Shown here: positions 40,282 through 53,690 of the stretch, one piece after another
Layout of the letters: the number at the start of each line of letters is the position of its first letter
Numbering within the stretch: position 1 is the first letter of the stretch
Assembly: GCF_009914755.1 (NCBI RefSeq)
Contig: NC_060933.1
Source: the human T2T-CHM13v2.0 reference genome, Homo sapiens
Length of the DNA: 64,000 nt
Strand: one strand, 5' to 3'
Made by a program: the position numbers and the translations under genes
The notes under the pieces: generated by a model
Databases searched by the model: none
What the model was told of the DNA's origin: nothing
What the model saw: only the letters and a program-made list of their open reading frames with translations

Positions 40282-42173
40282 TGAATGGAAACTTTTTTAC
40301 AACTACATATATGCAAAATGTCACTTTCCTGGCAAGGAGGACATTAGTTGTCCCCATAAGTACGTCACTGATATGAAATAGACTACATAATAAATACACT
40401 AGACTCCAACACCCTTATATCTAAACTTTGGAATGATAAAATATAAAAGTTTGCTGCCAGAATACTAGTGCAATTAAAACCTTACTAATTCCCATAGGTG
40501 CCACTATTTTGGAAAAAGCCACTTACAGTCAAATTCCAGGAATTTCTTTAAAAGCTTTTCAGTGTCCATGCCATTTCTCTCATTATTCTAAGTTTTTTAT
40601 ATTTTGCACTGTGAAGGAGATATGTTTTTGCACAACACACAATGGTCCCTGCACTCACTGATCCACTGAAGGAACCAAGCTCATATAGAAGTAACTACCA
40701 TACAGAACAGTAGACATTATGGTTGAAATTTGAATAATGTAGAGTAATAGCAGAAAAATAATGAAATCTATTCCAAAAGCTACAAAGATTATCAGAAAAT
40801 TCTGGGTGAATGTGACATTTATTTTCTTCAAGACATACAGCTAAGTAAATCCTCTGTGTACAAGAACAAGAACTCTGCCTAGAGTAGTGTGAAGCAAAAT
40901 ACTCTAGGCAGAAGGGGAATATGTGAGAACAGAGAATAATAGTAAAACTTGTTATTCTCTTCCCCTAAACATTTAATAAATGTTTCTAAACCCTCGAAAT
41001 ACATTGTTATTCTGTTTTAAATGTGCCTATAACATAGATGTGAGCCCATCCTATTTCTTGACCTATTCCAATATGTAAATTCCTACCAAGAAAGGAAAAA
41101 TTGTCCTCATACCACTTATTAGAAAATGTCCTGTTGGCTCTTTCTCACCTTCATTTTTTAGTGTCGTGCTTTTTTGCTTTATAATTCCTCTTCTACCTGT
41201 TACCATCACCACTCAAGAAATAAACGAATAATAAACAAATAAATGGCACCACAGGGCCATTCTATGGAAACTGCATATCCACCTTGAGATTTTCAAGTCA
41301 TTCCATCTTATCTTGGGTGGCCGTTGCATCCCAAGGGTTTTTGGCTTCTTTATTTTAACATCATCTTTATCTGTGGACCAATATTTCCCTGTTTAAAATG
41401 TAACAGGGATACTGTGTCCTGTCCTGGCCTTGACAGATTAAAATCTTCTGTGTAAGTATTTCTGCTTTTTCTGTTATATAGAGGGCATATCCTAAAACCT
41501 TAACTATTTTTTCCTTGAAATGGCAATTGCTACAATTGTAACTCCTTATAATTAAGTATTCAATTTATGCTTCAAAAGAGTGGTCAAATCAGGTAACCTT
41601 TAAGGCTCCTTCCAACCCCAACATTATTTAGTTCCATATGCTATTCTCTGACATGGAGGAACTTGAGGAAGGGGAAGCTTTTATAGTTAATTCCCTATAA
41701 TTTTCTCTGTTCACTGTCAAAAAGAATGATTACTGTAGTAATCTGTATCCTAGAGGAAGGAAAAAAAAAGGAAATAGTGCTCTCATGCCTCAGTGAAAAA
41801 TTTTGACCCAGTTTTAGGTTAATATAATGGAATGCTACCGACATAATTAAATGTAGACTCTCTGTGTAAATATTTTATTTGCTTATGAAGTTTTATTTTA
41901 AGATACACTAATATTAACTATTTTTAGACCTCTTCAAAGCCTATCTAAATAATTTGTTACTAGAAGAAAGTGCAACAATTTAAAATTTAGTTTACTTTTA
42001 ATGTAAATAAAGGCAGACCATTGAGAGAGAATGAAGTTTTAGTTTTTATTCAGAGACTTCTGAGATCTAAGGAAAACTGTTGCCCCCTGCGCATGACATT
42101 TTCAATTTTCTGATCTTTTACAAAAGGATGGTAATTGGAATCTTGACATTCCTTATTAAAATAGACGATCTTT

Positions 42174-42176
<3 letters not shown>

Positions 42177-42221
<45 letters not shown>
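42177..42221. repeat. (CA)n microsatellite
   Basis: Seen directly in the sequence. Confidence 0.97.
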
Positions 42222-43879
42222 GCCTAAAATAGTAGTTTTGGGGCAATTATAAAAACTCCCTGAATACATCAAGAAAATGCATCAAAATATAAAGTTATAT
42301 TATTAAATCACCCGCATTTGGAGAATTATTAGCACTCTGTAGTTCATTCTCCTAACAATTATGTAGTTCATAGTGCTAATAAAAATATATCGTGAACTCT
42401 GTTTAACAGTGTCCATATGTTCCCTGGGGCCTTGCTATATTTTTAAATGTACAGAATCAGTGCTTTACATACATTCAGTACTTTAAATATATTAAGTACA
42501 TTGTTGTGCAACCATCACCAGCATCCATTTTCAGAACCGTTTATTTTTCAAAACTTAACTCTGTACCAATTAAAGCATAATTCCCCATTCAACTCTTCCT
42601 TCAGTCCTTGGGAATCGTCTTTCTAATTCTGTTTCTCTGAGTTTCACTACTCTAACTCTGCTTCTTTTTGTAACTGACTTATTTCATTTAGCATGATATC
42701 CTTAAGGTTTCTCCATGTTGTAACGTGTCAGAATTTCCCTCCCTTTTTAGGGCTGAATAATATTCCATTATGTGTGCTCGCTCTCTGTCTCTCTCTCTCT
42801 CTCCCTGTGTGTGTGTGTGTGTGTGTGCATGTGTGTGTGTGTGTATGTTGTACATGTGTACATGCACATTTTTAAATCCATTCATCCATTCATCCATTGA
42901 TGGACACATAGGTTGCTTCCAACTTTTGGCTGATTTGAATAATGCTGCTATGAATATATATGGGTGCACAAATATGTCTTCAAGACCATGCTTTCAATTA
43001 TTTTGGGTAAATACCTAGAAGTGGAATCGTTGAACCATAAAGTTAATTCTATCTTTAAGTTTTGAAGAAAAACTTTACTCTTTTCTACAGTGATGACACC
43101 ATTTTACATTTCTTACAACAATGCACATGGCTTTTAATTTTACCATATCTCACCAATATTTGCTATTTTCTGATTTTTTTTAGTAACAGCCATCATAATT
43201 GGTATGAGGTAATATCTCATTGTAGGTTTTATTTGCATTTTTTCTAATGATCAGTGATGTTAAGCGTCTTCCCTATGTGATTTGTAAATCTGAGCTTATT
43301 TGTCATTTGTGTATCTTTTTTGGTTAAATGACTACATAAGTCCTTTGTCAATTTTTAAATTAAGTTGTTTATTTCTTTGTCTGATTTTTGTAGTTGAAGG
43401 CATAGGAGTTCTTTACATATTCTGTATATTAACACTTTATCAAAAATTTTTGGGTTATTATCTTTCACTCTGTAGAGAGTATCTTTTGACACAGGAAATT
43501 TTAAATTTTGATGTAGTCCACCTTATTATTTTTTTCCTTTGTTGCCTGTACTGCTTTTTACAAATTAAATAAATCATTGCCAAATCCAATGTCAGGAATT
43601 CATGGTTCCCCCTATGTCTACTTTATAGTTTTAGCTCTTACATTAAGTTTTTGATCCATTTTTACTTAATCTTTTTATATAATGTAAAGGGTCCAAGCTC
43701 AATTTTAAGCATGTGGATATCCAGTTTTCCCAGTACCATTTGTTGAATCATTTGATTATATATGCAAGGGTTTATTTTCAGGTTCTCCATTTTTTTATAT
43801 CAAAAGTATTCATTTTTAATGAAATGATATACTTAAATTTATTAGAATTAACAGATGAATTTAATACAGTTTTTAAAGA

Positions 43880-44231
43880 AATGTACATAAAATTGTGATA
43901 TATATATATATATGCAATGGAATACTATACGGCTTTTATAAAGAAGGAAATTCTGTCATTTACAACATCAGGGATAAGCCTGGAAGACATTACGTGAAGT
44001 TAAATAAGCCAGACACAAGATAAATACTGTAGCATTTCACTTAAATGTGGAATTTAAGTCAAAGTCACAGAAGAGTTGAATGGGGGGTTACCAGAGGTTG
44101 GTAGGGAGGAAGGTATTGGAAAAGGAGAGGTATGTATGCAAGCATACAAACTTGTAATTAGAGAAGTGTCATAAGGCTTACTGATCTATTTTACAGCATG
44201 GAGACCTTAGTTAATGATCATGTTGTGTATA
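43880..44231 (+). mobile_element. L1MA8-like 3'UTR fragment without poly-A
   Basis: caatggaatactatacggcttttataaagaaggaaattctgtcatttacaacat...ggttaccagagg. Confidence 0.8.
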
Positions 44232-45080
44232 TTTCAGGTTCTCTGTTCAATTCCATTGGTTTATATGTGTGTCATTATGCCAGTAATGTGATAAGAAATT
44301 GTGTTGAAATTGCAGGTCACCTTTAGTAGTATTATCTTAATAATAACAAGGCTTCCAATCCACATGCATCAATCTTTTTTCTCTTTTTCGGAGGTGTCTT
44401 TTAAAATTTATTTCAGCAAAATTTTATAGTTTTAGTGTACAGTCTTTTGTCTTCTTGGTTAAGTGAATTCTTAAGTATTTTGTTCTATTTGATGCTATTG
44501 CAAATGGAATAGTTTTCTTACTTTCATTTGTGTGTTGTTCATTTTTAGTATGGAAATGCAACTGTTTTTTGTTGATTCTGTATTCTGCAATTTGTTTGAA
44601 TTCATTTATTAGTTCTAATAATGAGTGTGTAGGTGTGTACAATATTTGGGCTTCTCCACATAAAAGATTATGTTATCTATGAACAGAGATAATTTTAATT
44701 TTTTTCCTGTCAAATTTGGACGTCTTATTCTTCTTGTCCAGCTGCTCTGGCTAACATTTAAACTATAATAAATAGAAGTGTTAAGATTAGACATTCTTGT
44801 CTTATTCTTGATTTTAGAAGAAAAGTTTTTAATATTTTTCATTAAATATGTTAGCTATGCAATTTTTATATATAGTCTTATTATACTGTTTATTTTCTAG
44901 TTTGTTTAGGTTTTTATCATGAAAAGTGTTGAATTTCATCAAATGTTTTTTTGGATCAATTGAGTGAATTTTTTTTTCATTCTGTTAATGTGGTGTGTTC
45001 CATTGATTTTATATGATATGCTATCCTTGTATTCCAGCAATGAATCCAAGTTGGTCATTACATAACATTTTGTTTAATTC

Positions 45081-47494
45081 TTAAAAAATTATTATGAATA
45101 CATTATACTTGTACATATTTATGTGGTGCATGCAATATTTTAATACAAGCATGCAATGTGTAATTATCAAATAAGGGTAACTGGGATATCAATTACCTCA
45201 GACATTTATCATTTATTTCTGTTTGGAGCATTTCAGTTCCACTTTTAGTTATTTTGAAATATACAATAAATTATGATTAACTATAGTCACTCTACTATTG
45301 TGCTACTAAAGACTAGATTTTATTTCTGCTGTGTTACTCTATTTATGTATCCATTAACTATCACCTCTTTATTACCCTTTCATACTACCTTCCCCGTCCT
45401 CTGATAATCATCATTCTACTCTCTATCCCCATAAGTTCAGTACTTTTGCTTCTACATATGAATGAGAACATGATATTTGTCTTTCTGTGCCCGGCTTATT
45501 TCACTTAATACAATGTCCCAACGTTCCATCCATGTTGTTGCAAATGACAGAGTTTCATTTTATTTTTGGCTGAGTAGTATTTTGTGTATTTGTATCACAT
45601 TTTCTTTATTATTTCATCCATTGATGGACACATAGGTTGATTACATATTTTGGCAATTTTGAATAGTGCTGCAGTAAACAGGGAGTACAGATATCTCTTT
45701 GATATAATGATTTCTATTTCTTTTGGATAGATTCCCAGCATTGGGATTGCTGGATCATATGGTAGTTTTATTTTTCTTTTTTTTTTATGAACCTCCATAC
45801 TATTCTCTATGGTGGTTGTACTAATTTACATTCCCACCAATAGGGTATGAGTGTTCCCCTTTCTTCACATTCTTGCCTGCATCCATAATTGCCTTCTTTT
45901 ATAAAACCCGTTTCAACTGGGGTGAGATCACATATCATGGTAATTTTGATTTGCATTTCTGTGATGATTATTGATGTCAAACTTTTTTTCATATACCTGT
46001 TGGTCATTCGTATATCTTCTTGTGAGATATGTTCATATGTTCATTCAGATCTTCTGTCCAGCTTTTACTTACATTATTTTTTTCTATTGAGTTGTTTCAG
46101 CTACTGTTTGAGTTATTTGAGCTACTTCTTTCTATTGAGTTATCTGAGTATTTGAACTTATTCCCTGGTTACTCTTCCCTGGTTAGTTGGGTAGTTGAAA
46201 TATTTTTCCCTTTCCGTGGGTTGTCTCTTGAGTTAGTTGATTGTTTCCTTTGCTGTGCAGAAGTTTATTTAGCTTGACATGATCCTATTTGTGTATTTTT
46301 GCTTTGGTTTTTTATGCTTTTGAGTTCTTATTGAAGAAATCTTCGCTTGGTCCAATGTCCTACAGTGTTTCACCAATGTTTTATTCTAGAAGTTTTACAG
46401 TTTCAGGTCTTTTGTAAACGGCGAGATATAGAGGTCTAGTTTTATTTTTCCATGTAAGAAATCCAGTTTCCCCGGTACCATTTATTGAAGAGACTCTCCT
46501 TTCCCAAGTGAATATTCTTGGTGTTGAAAATGACTTTTCTGTATTTGTATGAATTTATTTCTCGGTTCTATATTCTCTTCCAGCCCAGTCCTGTACTGGG
46601 GCTCACTCAAGTCCTGTGGCCACTACTGCCTGGCTGCTGCTGTTTATCAAGGCCCAAGGCCACTTTATTCAGAAGGTGGCGAATCCTCCTGGGACTCGGT
46701 CCATCCCATCAGGGCTCTGGACTCCCTTCTTGCCCAGGATGGGTCTAGAAACACCATCCAGAGGCAAAAACTTGGAATCAGGTTCTTCCGGAATCTGCCT
46801 GCTGCTTTATTTTACTGTAGCTGAACATGTACCCAAATTGCAAGACAAAATCCTCTGCACTTCGCTTTTTCTCACAAGCAAAAGGAGTCTTCCCCTGAGA
46901 TGCACTGCTTGGAGGTGAGGGAAAAGTGACACAGGCACTCCCGTGGCTGCCACAATTGGTCTCACACTGAGTCACACTCCAAATTCAATGCCTCTAAGAC
47001 CAGCACAACACCAGGGATTTCAGTCCTCTTGGCCTGACTGCCACTCAAATTTATTCCAGGTCCTAGGCCACTTTATTCAGCTGGAGGTGAAGCCAACTGG
47101 CATGAGATTTCTTCCCACTAGGGCAGAGGATTCCTGTCTGGCCCAGGCTGTTCTAAAGGCTCCCTCCATGGGCATCAGCAGAATTGTGAGTTGTGTTGTG
47201 TTTGGCTGTGACAGCACAGCACTGAGTTCTAACACAAGGTTTCATGCTTGCTTCTCTCTTCCTCCTCCAAGCACATAAATTCTGTACTGCAAGGAGTTGG
47301 GAAGGGGTAGTGTAAGCAATACAGTCTGTCCTTCCTATCCTCTTCAGTGCCTCTTTCCTTGTAATGTAATTGCTCACCTGTTTTTGGTTCTTATGAAGGT
47401 GCTTTCTTGTGTGGATATTTGTTTAATTATGTGCTCCTGTTGGGGGATGATTGCTGGAATGTTCTATGTATCCATCTTCCTCTGCTGCCTCTCC
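45081..47494 (-). mobile_element. L1MA3/4-like element with 3' end and 5'UTR but a large internal deletion
   Basis: 3'UTR and late ORF2 at 45081-46582 join directly to an L1M 5'UTR at 46583-47494 (ends tccatcttcctctgctgcctctc). TSD tgtttaattc/tgttgaattc. Confidence 0.8.
46081..46160. repeat. Local tandem amplification of a ~21-24-bp L1 motif (ttgagttrtttgagctac), 3-4 copies
   Basis: Seen directly in the sequence. Confidence 0.7.
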
Positions 47495-47989
47495 TGTTGA
47501 ATTCCATTTGCTAGTAATTTGTTGAGGATTTCTGCATCAATATTCAAGGATGTTGGTCTGTAGTTTTTATTTATTTAATGGAACACAGAATTAAAGGCTC
47601 TATCTCAAATCTAGAGAGTCAAAATTTGCACTTTAATGAGATCCCTAGGTGGCTTTTATGCACTGCCCTGGGACATGTTTTCTCACCTTTATTGTTTGTT
47701 GACTTTATTTTAATCCTCTCTACTTCTAATAAAAATATGCACTAACATTTTTCTGTCATCTTAAATTTGATCAAGACCCAGGGAACAGATGACCCTTATC
47801 TTTCATAATTCATTAAGAATCTCTATAATAAATGTTCCATTTTGGTTCCATAGGGTCTTTGCCCTCAGATGGTTTAAGATAAATTTTGTTCATATAAGTT
47901 TGATTTTTACAGACTTTAACTTCTGTCAGACTCTCACATTAGCTTAAACAATTCTAACTGTTGAAAAATTACTAATCTAATGAAAATTA

Positions 47990-48180
47990 TATGAACTTAG
48001 AAATCAGACATAGCTGGATTGTTCTTGAACTTGCTGTTTTCCATCTATGTGAAGTTGGGAGTATTAATTAATCTACCTAAGACTCTTTTTTTTATCAGAG
48101 AGTATTGATGACTAAATGACAGGGCCTATGGTAAGCTCACATAGAATGCATTTCTTGTAGCAGCTCGGCAAATTTCAGCT
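47990..48180 (+). mobile_element. MIR
   Basis: aacttagaaatcagacatagctggatt...ctatgtgaagttgggagtattaattaatctacctaagactc. Confidence 0.6.
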
Positions 48181-48234
48181 AACACTTCCGTTTTCACTCG
48201 CAGTGCATTAAGCAGATAAAGCATGGGTCTGATG

Positions 48235-48590
48235 AGAGTCTGTCAGGTCGCCTACTTCAATTCTTCCCTTCTTTCACAGTTATAGAATTTGTGACTTACA
48301 TCTGACATGTAGATGCCTGGAATAAAGACTATTCCCAGCTCTCTCAGATGTGGTCATGTGAAGAAATGGAAGTGCTGCATGTAACGGGTAGGCAATTCCA
48401 TTAAAGCAAGTAATATTTTCCTTTTCTCTTCCTCTTCCCTTTTGTCTTAACTGTTATCCGGAGTGTGGACATTTTAGCTGCTGTGGAACAGATATTTGGA
48501 ATCTCAAGTTAGGAGATTCTTGATGAGAATCACAGAGAAAGATAAAATAAAATGGACTTCCATTAATATTAGCTAATCCAGACGCTTGAC
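48235..48590 (+). mobile_element. MLT1J-like LTR fragment
   Basis: ttcttcccttctttcacagttatagaa, gactattcccagctctc...tggtcatgtga. Confidence 0.6.
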
Positions 48591-48813
48591 CAAAAGGGAA
48601 ATAATTATAATAGTAAACTGGACACGACAATATGGTTTCAAATCATAACCCTACTTGATTGTAGTAGTTGAAGTAGTATAGTGGTATAGTTGAATAATAT
48701 ACTTAAACATTATATTCCTCAATATACTCATTTAAAAATAAGGAATAATAATGTATATACCTCACAGATGCTGTGAAAATTAAACGAGATAATTCATGTG
48801 CAGTGTCCAGAAA

Positions 48814-49043
48814 AGGGGTCATAACATGAAGGCCTGCCAGTCATATCCTGCCCTCTATTTCTGTAAATAAATTCTATAAGTAGCTTTTGTTGGAATGCAG
48901 CCACACCATTTGTTAACACCTTGTCTTCAGCTGCTTTCATGATAGGTTGGCAGAGTCACATAGTTGCAACTGTGGCATTATGACCCACAGAGCTTAAAGT
49001 ATTTATTATGTCGCCCTTCACACAAAGAAGTTTGCAGGCCCTC
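48814..49043 (+). mobile_element. MER58A hAT relic, within a MIR fragment at ~48620-48810
   Basis: ttggaatgcagccacaccatttgtt, ggcagagtcacatagttgcaac, aagtttgcaggccctc. Confidence 0.8.
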
Positions 49044-51011
49044 GAATGAGAACATAGAAACTGGTCATTTGATTATGTATTTTCTCTACATGAAACCATT
49101 GTAGTAAGGTGCTGTCTTGCTTATAAAGTGATTATATCACCAATTAACCTTCAAGTATGCATATGCTTAGGGATAGTTTTTGAGCAATGTGTGTGAGATT
49201 TTACTAATCCAACAGTGTTTATTGATTTAATCCCCTTAAGGCCTATGGTACACATCTCCAAAATGTTGGAATGGATTATAGCTTCAGTTTGCAGCCTCAG
49301 GGCAGAAGATAAGATTGGTCAATACAAGATGAAACCCATGGTTCATTAATTACTATTATGGGTTAAAAAGCCAGCCTATATATAAGCTCTTTTCCAAGCA
49401 ATGCAAGATTCCTCTCATGGGAGGCAATGCACTAACCTTCACATATTAGAAGGCTGCCAGGCAAAATCAATTGCAACTCATTGAACTTTCAGACCCTAGA
49501 AATCAATGATTCAGATGAAATAAGTATTCTGAAATAACAACATATGGAAATGTTAAAAGATCCAACTCATTCTTAGACAGCTAATATAGCACTTGATTTA
49601 AAGGAATTATATGTACCCTTATTAGAAGCCAACCTAGTGTTTTCTATGCCTCTTGCCGTGGCTCTGATTGCAAAACTTTCAAGGTTGATTAACTAAAGTT
49701 AAAGAAAAGTATGTCTACCAGCCATTACAATAGCATTTTTTTTCCAGGAAGTATACCTGGGCTGTGCAAAACACTTCTCAATAAACTATGTATGCACTGA
49801 AGTTTTAGGCTTAGCTGTTTAGTCAGTTATGTGCCCTACTCTGACTGAAAGTACCTATAATATATTTAAGTTAATCACATTTACTCTTAAGGATTCAAAA
49901 TTGTTACTGTCTTATTATAGTAATGAGATTTACAGCATAGCTTCTTGTACCATTTGTTTATGTTATTTACAAGATTGAGAAACTATTCAGTTAAATTAAA
50001 TTCAATAAACATTTATTTTGTCTCACCTATAACAAAATACTCTGTCACTTTGAGTACACATTTAAATTACACATGGTTCCTCCTTTCAACTAAAAATGCA
50101 ATGTTATGTGTACATTTATTCATATGCACATACTTAAAAATAATGGAAAGTAGTAAAGGGCCTCAGTATGTGAAAGATTTTAACTTGGGGGCAGTTCATT
50201 TAAATAACAGCTTCAACAATTTTTTTGTTCAATCATTAAGTATGGCTTTTCTAAGCATCTGCTGTCTTATCACTAAAAAATGAAAGTTTTGTACTTTTTA
50301 AAGTTAGAATTAAATAATATGGCATATGTTAGGAGTTTGGCATTTGGATGGCCTTTGATGAATATCGGTTTATTTCTCTATTTTGAATGCACATAGAAGC
50401 ATGAAAGAAAGACAAAGCCATCCTTAAGAAAGAAATGTTAAACACGTAGAAACTAAATTTACAAATAGATATGGTTTTATACGCAGAAATAGACCATTCC
50501 TGGAAGCCAGAGAGTCTGGAAACAAAAGTTTGGAATTACAGGGAAGCCTTAGAAGGCAAGATTATATGAAAAAAAAAAAAAAAGAAGAAGAAAGAAAATG
50601 AAAAAAAAAAAAAGAAAATACACGGCAGTCTTCTCATTTTGAACATAATGTTTGTGGAATAAGGCTGGCTAGTTTGTACAAAGGGGAGAGGAAAAGATAA
50701 AAGGAAAAACAAAGGATGATAAAATATCATGTAATTGTGATTAGAGTGATTAATGTAACATAGTAGCATTTCAATAAACATTGAATTGACATTGAATTAA
50801 TTTTATGTGTATTTGTACCCTGGTTCCATGTGTCAATTATTATTAATGAAAAGACAACAGGTTCCTATGTGAAAAATTTTTGTAAGTTTTTTTGCAGTGG
50901 GGTAGGTAACTTATTGAATGTGAGTTTATGAAAATGCTATGTAGGTTACTCCATATTTCCAGAGTGATTGATTTTTATGTCAATTGCAAAAGAGAAACTG
51001 GGCCATGAAAA

Positions 51012-51017
51012 TACACA

Positions 51018-51058
<41 letters not shown>
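51012..51058. repeat. (CA)n microsatellite
   Basis: Seen directly in the sequence. Confidence 0.97.
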
Positions 51059-51060
<2 letters not shown>

Positions 51061-51714
51061 CCCCATATACACCTTGTAGCAATGCCCTTCAAAGAAAAAA
51101 AAATCATATGAAACTGCTACAGTTATCTCCCTGTCCGTTTCTGGCACTTTAAACAATTTAAATCTTTATTTTCACAAATACATATATGCCACCCAGTGAG
51201 GCAATCATGCTAGTTGCAAAGGACATTTGTGATTTTTCTGTACTGAATCCTGGAATAATTAAGATGGTTGTGTTAGAAAGAAAAAGAGCAAATGACAGTC
51301 CCCAAAATAGGAATAAAAACAGTATGGCTGCTGTTTGGAAATCTCCAGTTACCATCACAGTAAAGGATTTGTCTCTAAGTAGCTGTTTTGTCCTTATTTC
51401 TTATATTTCTGCTGTGATGATCTGTAAACTATTTTAAAATAATTTTAAAATATGGACCTATGTGCTTGCTTTCATGGAACCAAAGAAGAATGAGAAGCTC
51501 AGAAGCTGGCTTCCCACTCTGTGGACAAACTTAAAATGGACAGAACCCAGAGGTATAATGTCTGATGGGAGACAGCCTCAGTCGCATCATGAAATAATTA
51601 TATGAACCAGCTTTTGTGAGAAAGTGACGTGGGCCTAAGCAATAAGTTGATCTATAGAATACTCCATGCATCTTTTTAAAAATAATTTTCAATGTTATTA
51701 TAGTGAAGAACATA

Positions 51715-51830
51715 TAGACAGTGACCTCAGTGGAAGGAATAGTATATTAATTTTGAGATCTGGAGTTCAATCCAGTTCTTTTCCCTCTTCCAGCCATGTG
51801 ACCTGGGAAACTCATTTAACATTTTCTGGT
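51715..51830 (+). mobile_element. MIR 5' part
   Basis: cagtggaaggaat...gagatctggagttcaatccagttct...ccatgtgacctgggaaactcatttaac. Confidence 0.7.
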
Positions 51831-52750
51831 ACTATTTAATTGCATGATTTTCAAGAGCTGTTACTGCTCTGAAATACTCTTTGATGCTAGGAAAGGTTTT
51901 GCTGGACTCCATAGAGACAAAAATAAACAAAATCTCAATTAAGATGCAAACCAGATGCAACATTTGAAGACTTTGGAGTTTTAAAATAGTTCCCATCCTG
52001 CTGGTGAGAAGACTAATGAACAGTGAAATGACCAATTGCGAGCAATAGATGGAACAGGGATAGTGGGAGGGAGACATCTGAAAAACTCCATCACCTGGAT
52101 AATCAGCCCCTGAATAATTCAGAGATGACTGCATTTCCCTTACTCGTTGCCTGAACATTTAGCAAAACGCATTGATGTTATTCCTATGACTCTCATGAGG
52201 TGACTTATATCAGAACAAATGCTCTTCCATAAAGGCCCAATACTAAGTAAGAAAAGAGCAGTAACGACGCTTTTCCCATTTGTCAATCATTGGCAACTTT
52301 TACATTCAGCCAGGTTTTCCCTGCCCTCTGCCATTCGAACCCATTCCATCCTATATGCTCCCACTGCCAGTCCCTTTGTCCACATCGCAGTACCTCTCTC
52401 TTAGATTTTTGATGTAATATCTTAGTTGCTCACTCTGATTCTAGGCTTCCTTGCCATTAAACATGCTAGCTATAAGAAAAGTCTTCTAAAATTTGAACCT
52501 CTTTATAAACGTCCAACATCACTCTTCAGAGCAAGTGATATACACCAAATTTTGTGTTACAGCTTTAAACTTCCCTTTAGCACTAATGCAAAATTCTCAT
52601 TCCCATCTTTGAAAATTCCATTACTAAGGAATTACTGCAGCCTGCTTATACTCAATGTTTACTTTGTCACTTTTATACAGATACATAAATACATATATAT
52701 TTTAAATTTTGCAAATAGGAAGAAAATATGACAAAAGAAATAGAGGGTAC

Positions 52751-53427
52751 TGAGAGGAGAAGCCAGCTGGGCTTCTGGGTCTGGTGGGGACTTGGAGAAC
52801 TTTTCTGTCTAGCTAAAGGATTGTAAACACACCAGTCAGCGCTCTGTGTCTAGCTAAAGGTTTGTAAACGCAAGAGTCAGCACTCTGTAAAAATGGACCA
52901 ATCAGCACTCTGTAAAATGGGCCAATCAGCATTCTGTAAAATGGACCAATCAGCAGGAGGTGGGCAAGGCCAAATAAGGGAATAAAAGGTGGCCACCAGA
53001 GGCGGCAGCAGCAACTGCTTCTGTGCTGTGGGAGGTTTGTTCTTTTGCTCTTAGTAGTAAATCTTGCTGCTGCTCACTCTTTGGGTCCGCACTACCTTTG
53101 TGAGCTATGACACTCACTGGGAAAGTCTGCAGCTTCACTCCTTAAGTCAGCGAGACCACGAACCCACCGGGAGGAATGAACAACTCCAGATGCGCCACCT
53201 TTTAAGAGCTGTAACACTACTGCAAAGGTCTGTGGCTTCACTCCTGAAGTCAGCAAGACCACGAACCCACCAGAGGGAAGAAACTCTGGACACATCTGAA
53301 CACCTGAAGGAACAAACTCCAGACACACCATCTTTAAGAACTATAACACTCACCACGAGGGTCCGCGGCTTCATTCTTGAAGTCAGTGAGACCAAGAACC
53401 CACCAGAGGGAACCAATTCCAGACACA
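52751..53427 (+). mobile_element. LTR12-family (ERV9) solo LTR
   Basis: tgagaggagaagccagctgggcttctgggtc, tandem ccaatcagc units, U5 repeats gcttcactcctgaagtcagc, ends ccagacaca. 4-bp TSD gtac/atac. Confidence 0.95.
52898..52990 (+). promoter_or_regulatory. LTR12 core promoter: three CCAAT (NF-Y) boxes and a TATA-like aataaaa
   Basis: CCAAT at 52898, 52922 and 52946; aataaaa at 52981. NF-Y dependence of ERV9 LTR promoters is established, but activity of this copy is unknown. Confidence 0.6.
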
Positions 53428-53690
53428 ATACAATCAGGAAATGTATTGATTTAACTGATTTACTTATGCTTAGAGCACAATGGATAAAAACAAATCTAAA
53501 CTTGAGGTCCAAACATGGAAATATCCAAATACATTACTTTAAATAAATTTTCACTTTAGCCTGAAAGTATGGAAACAAAGAAATTTTACATTTAGTCTTT
53601 ACATAAGTTTCAAAAAATTCTATTTTCTTAGAATTGTTGAGCTATATGTGAAAGATAGAAAGGAAAGATGATAAATTTCATGTCTGTTTC

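Larger units (their letters stand above)
42440..47575 (-). mobile_element. L1MB3/4-like element, interrupted twice (pieces ~42440-43787, 44232-45080, 47495-47575)
   Basis: ttgttgtgcaaccatcacc, gtgtcagaatttccctccctttttagggctgaataatattccatt. Antisense ORF2 is collinear across the inserts. Confidence 0.85.

Noticed and set aside
46518-47500. Cluster of 65-111 aa ORFs, also at 61053-62578
   Set aside because: GC-richer L1 5'UTR sequence with few stop codons.
50566-50620. Double poly-A tract as a possible processed pseudogene tail
   Set aside because: No recognisable upstream mRNA body. It looks like a duplicated A-rich simple repeat.
52800-52955. Regularly spaced 24-41 bp repeats resembling an array
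   Set aside because: These are the normal U3 tandem units of LTR12, with no unique spacers. Not CRISPR-like.
53064-53546. 160-aa ORF
   Set aside because: It lies in LTR12 R/U5 repeats with a non-ATG start, a common spurious ORF.
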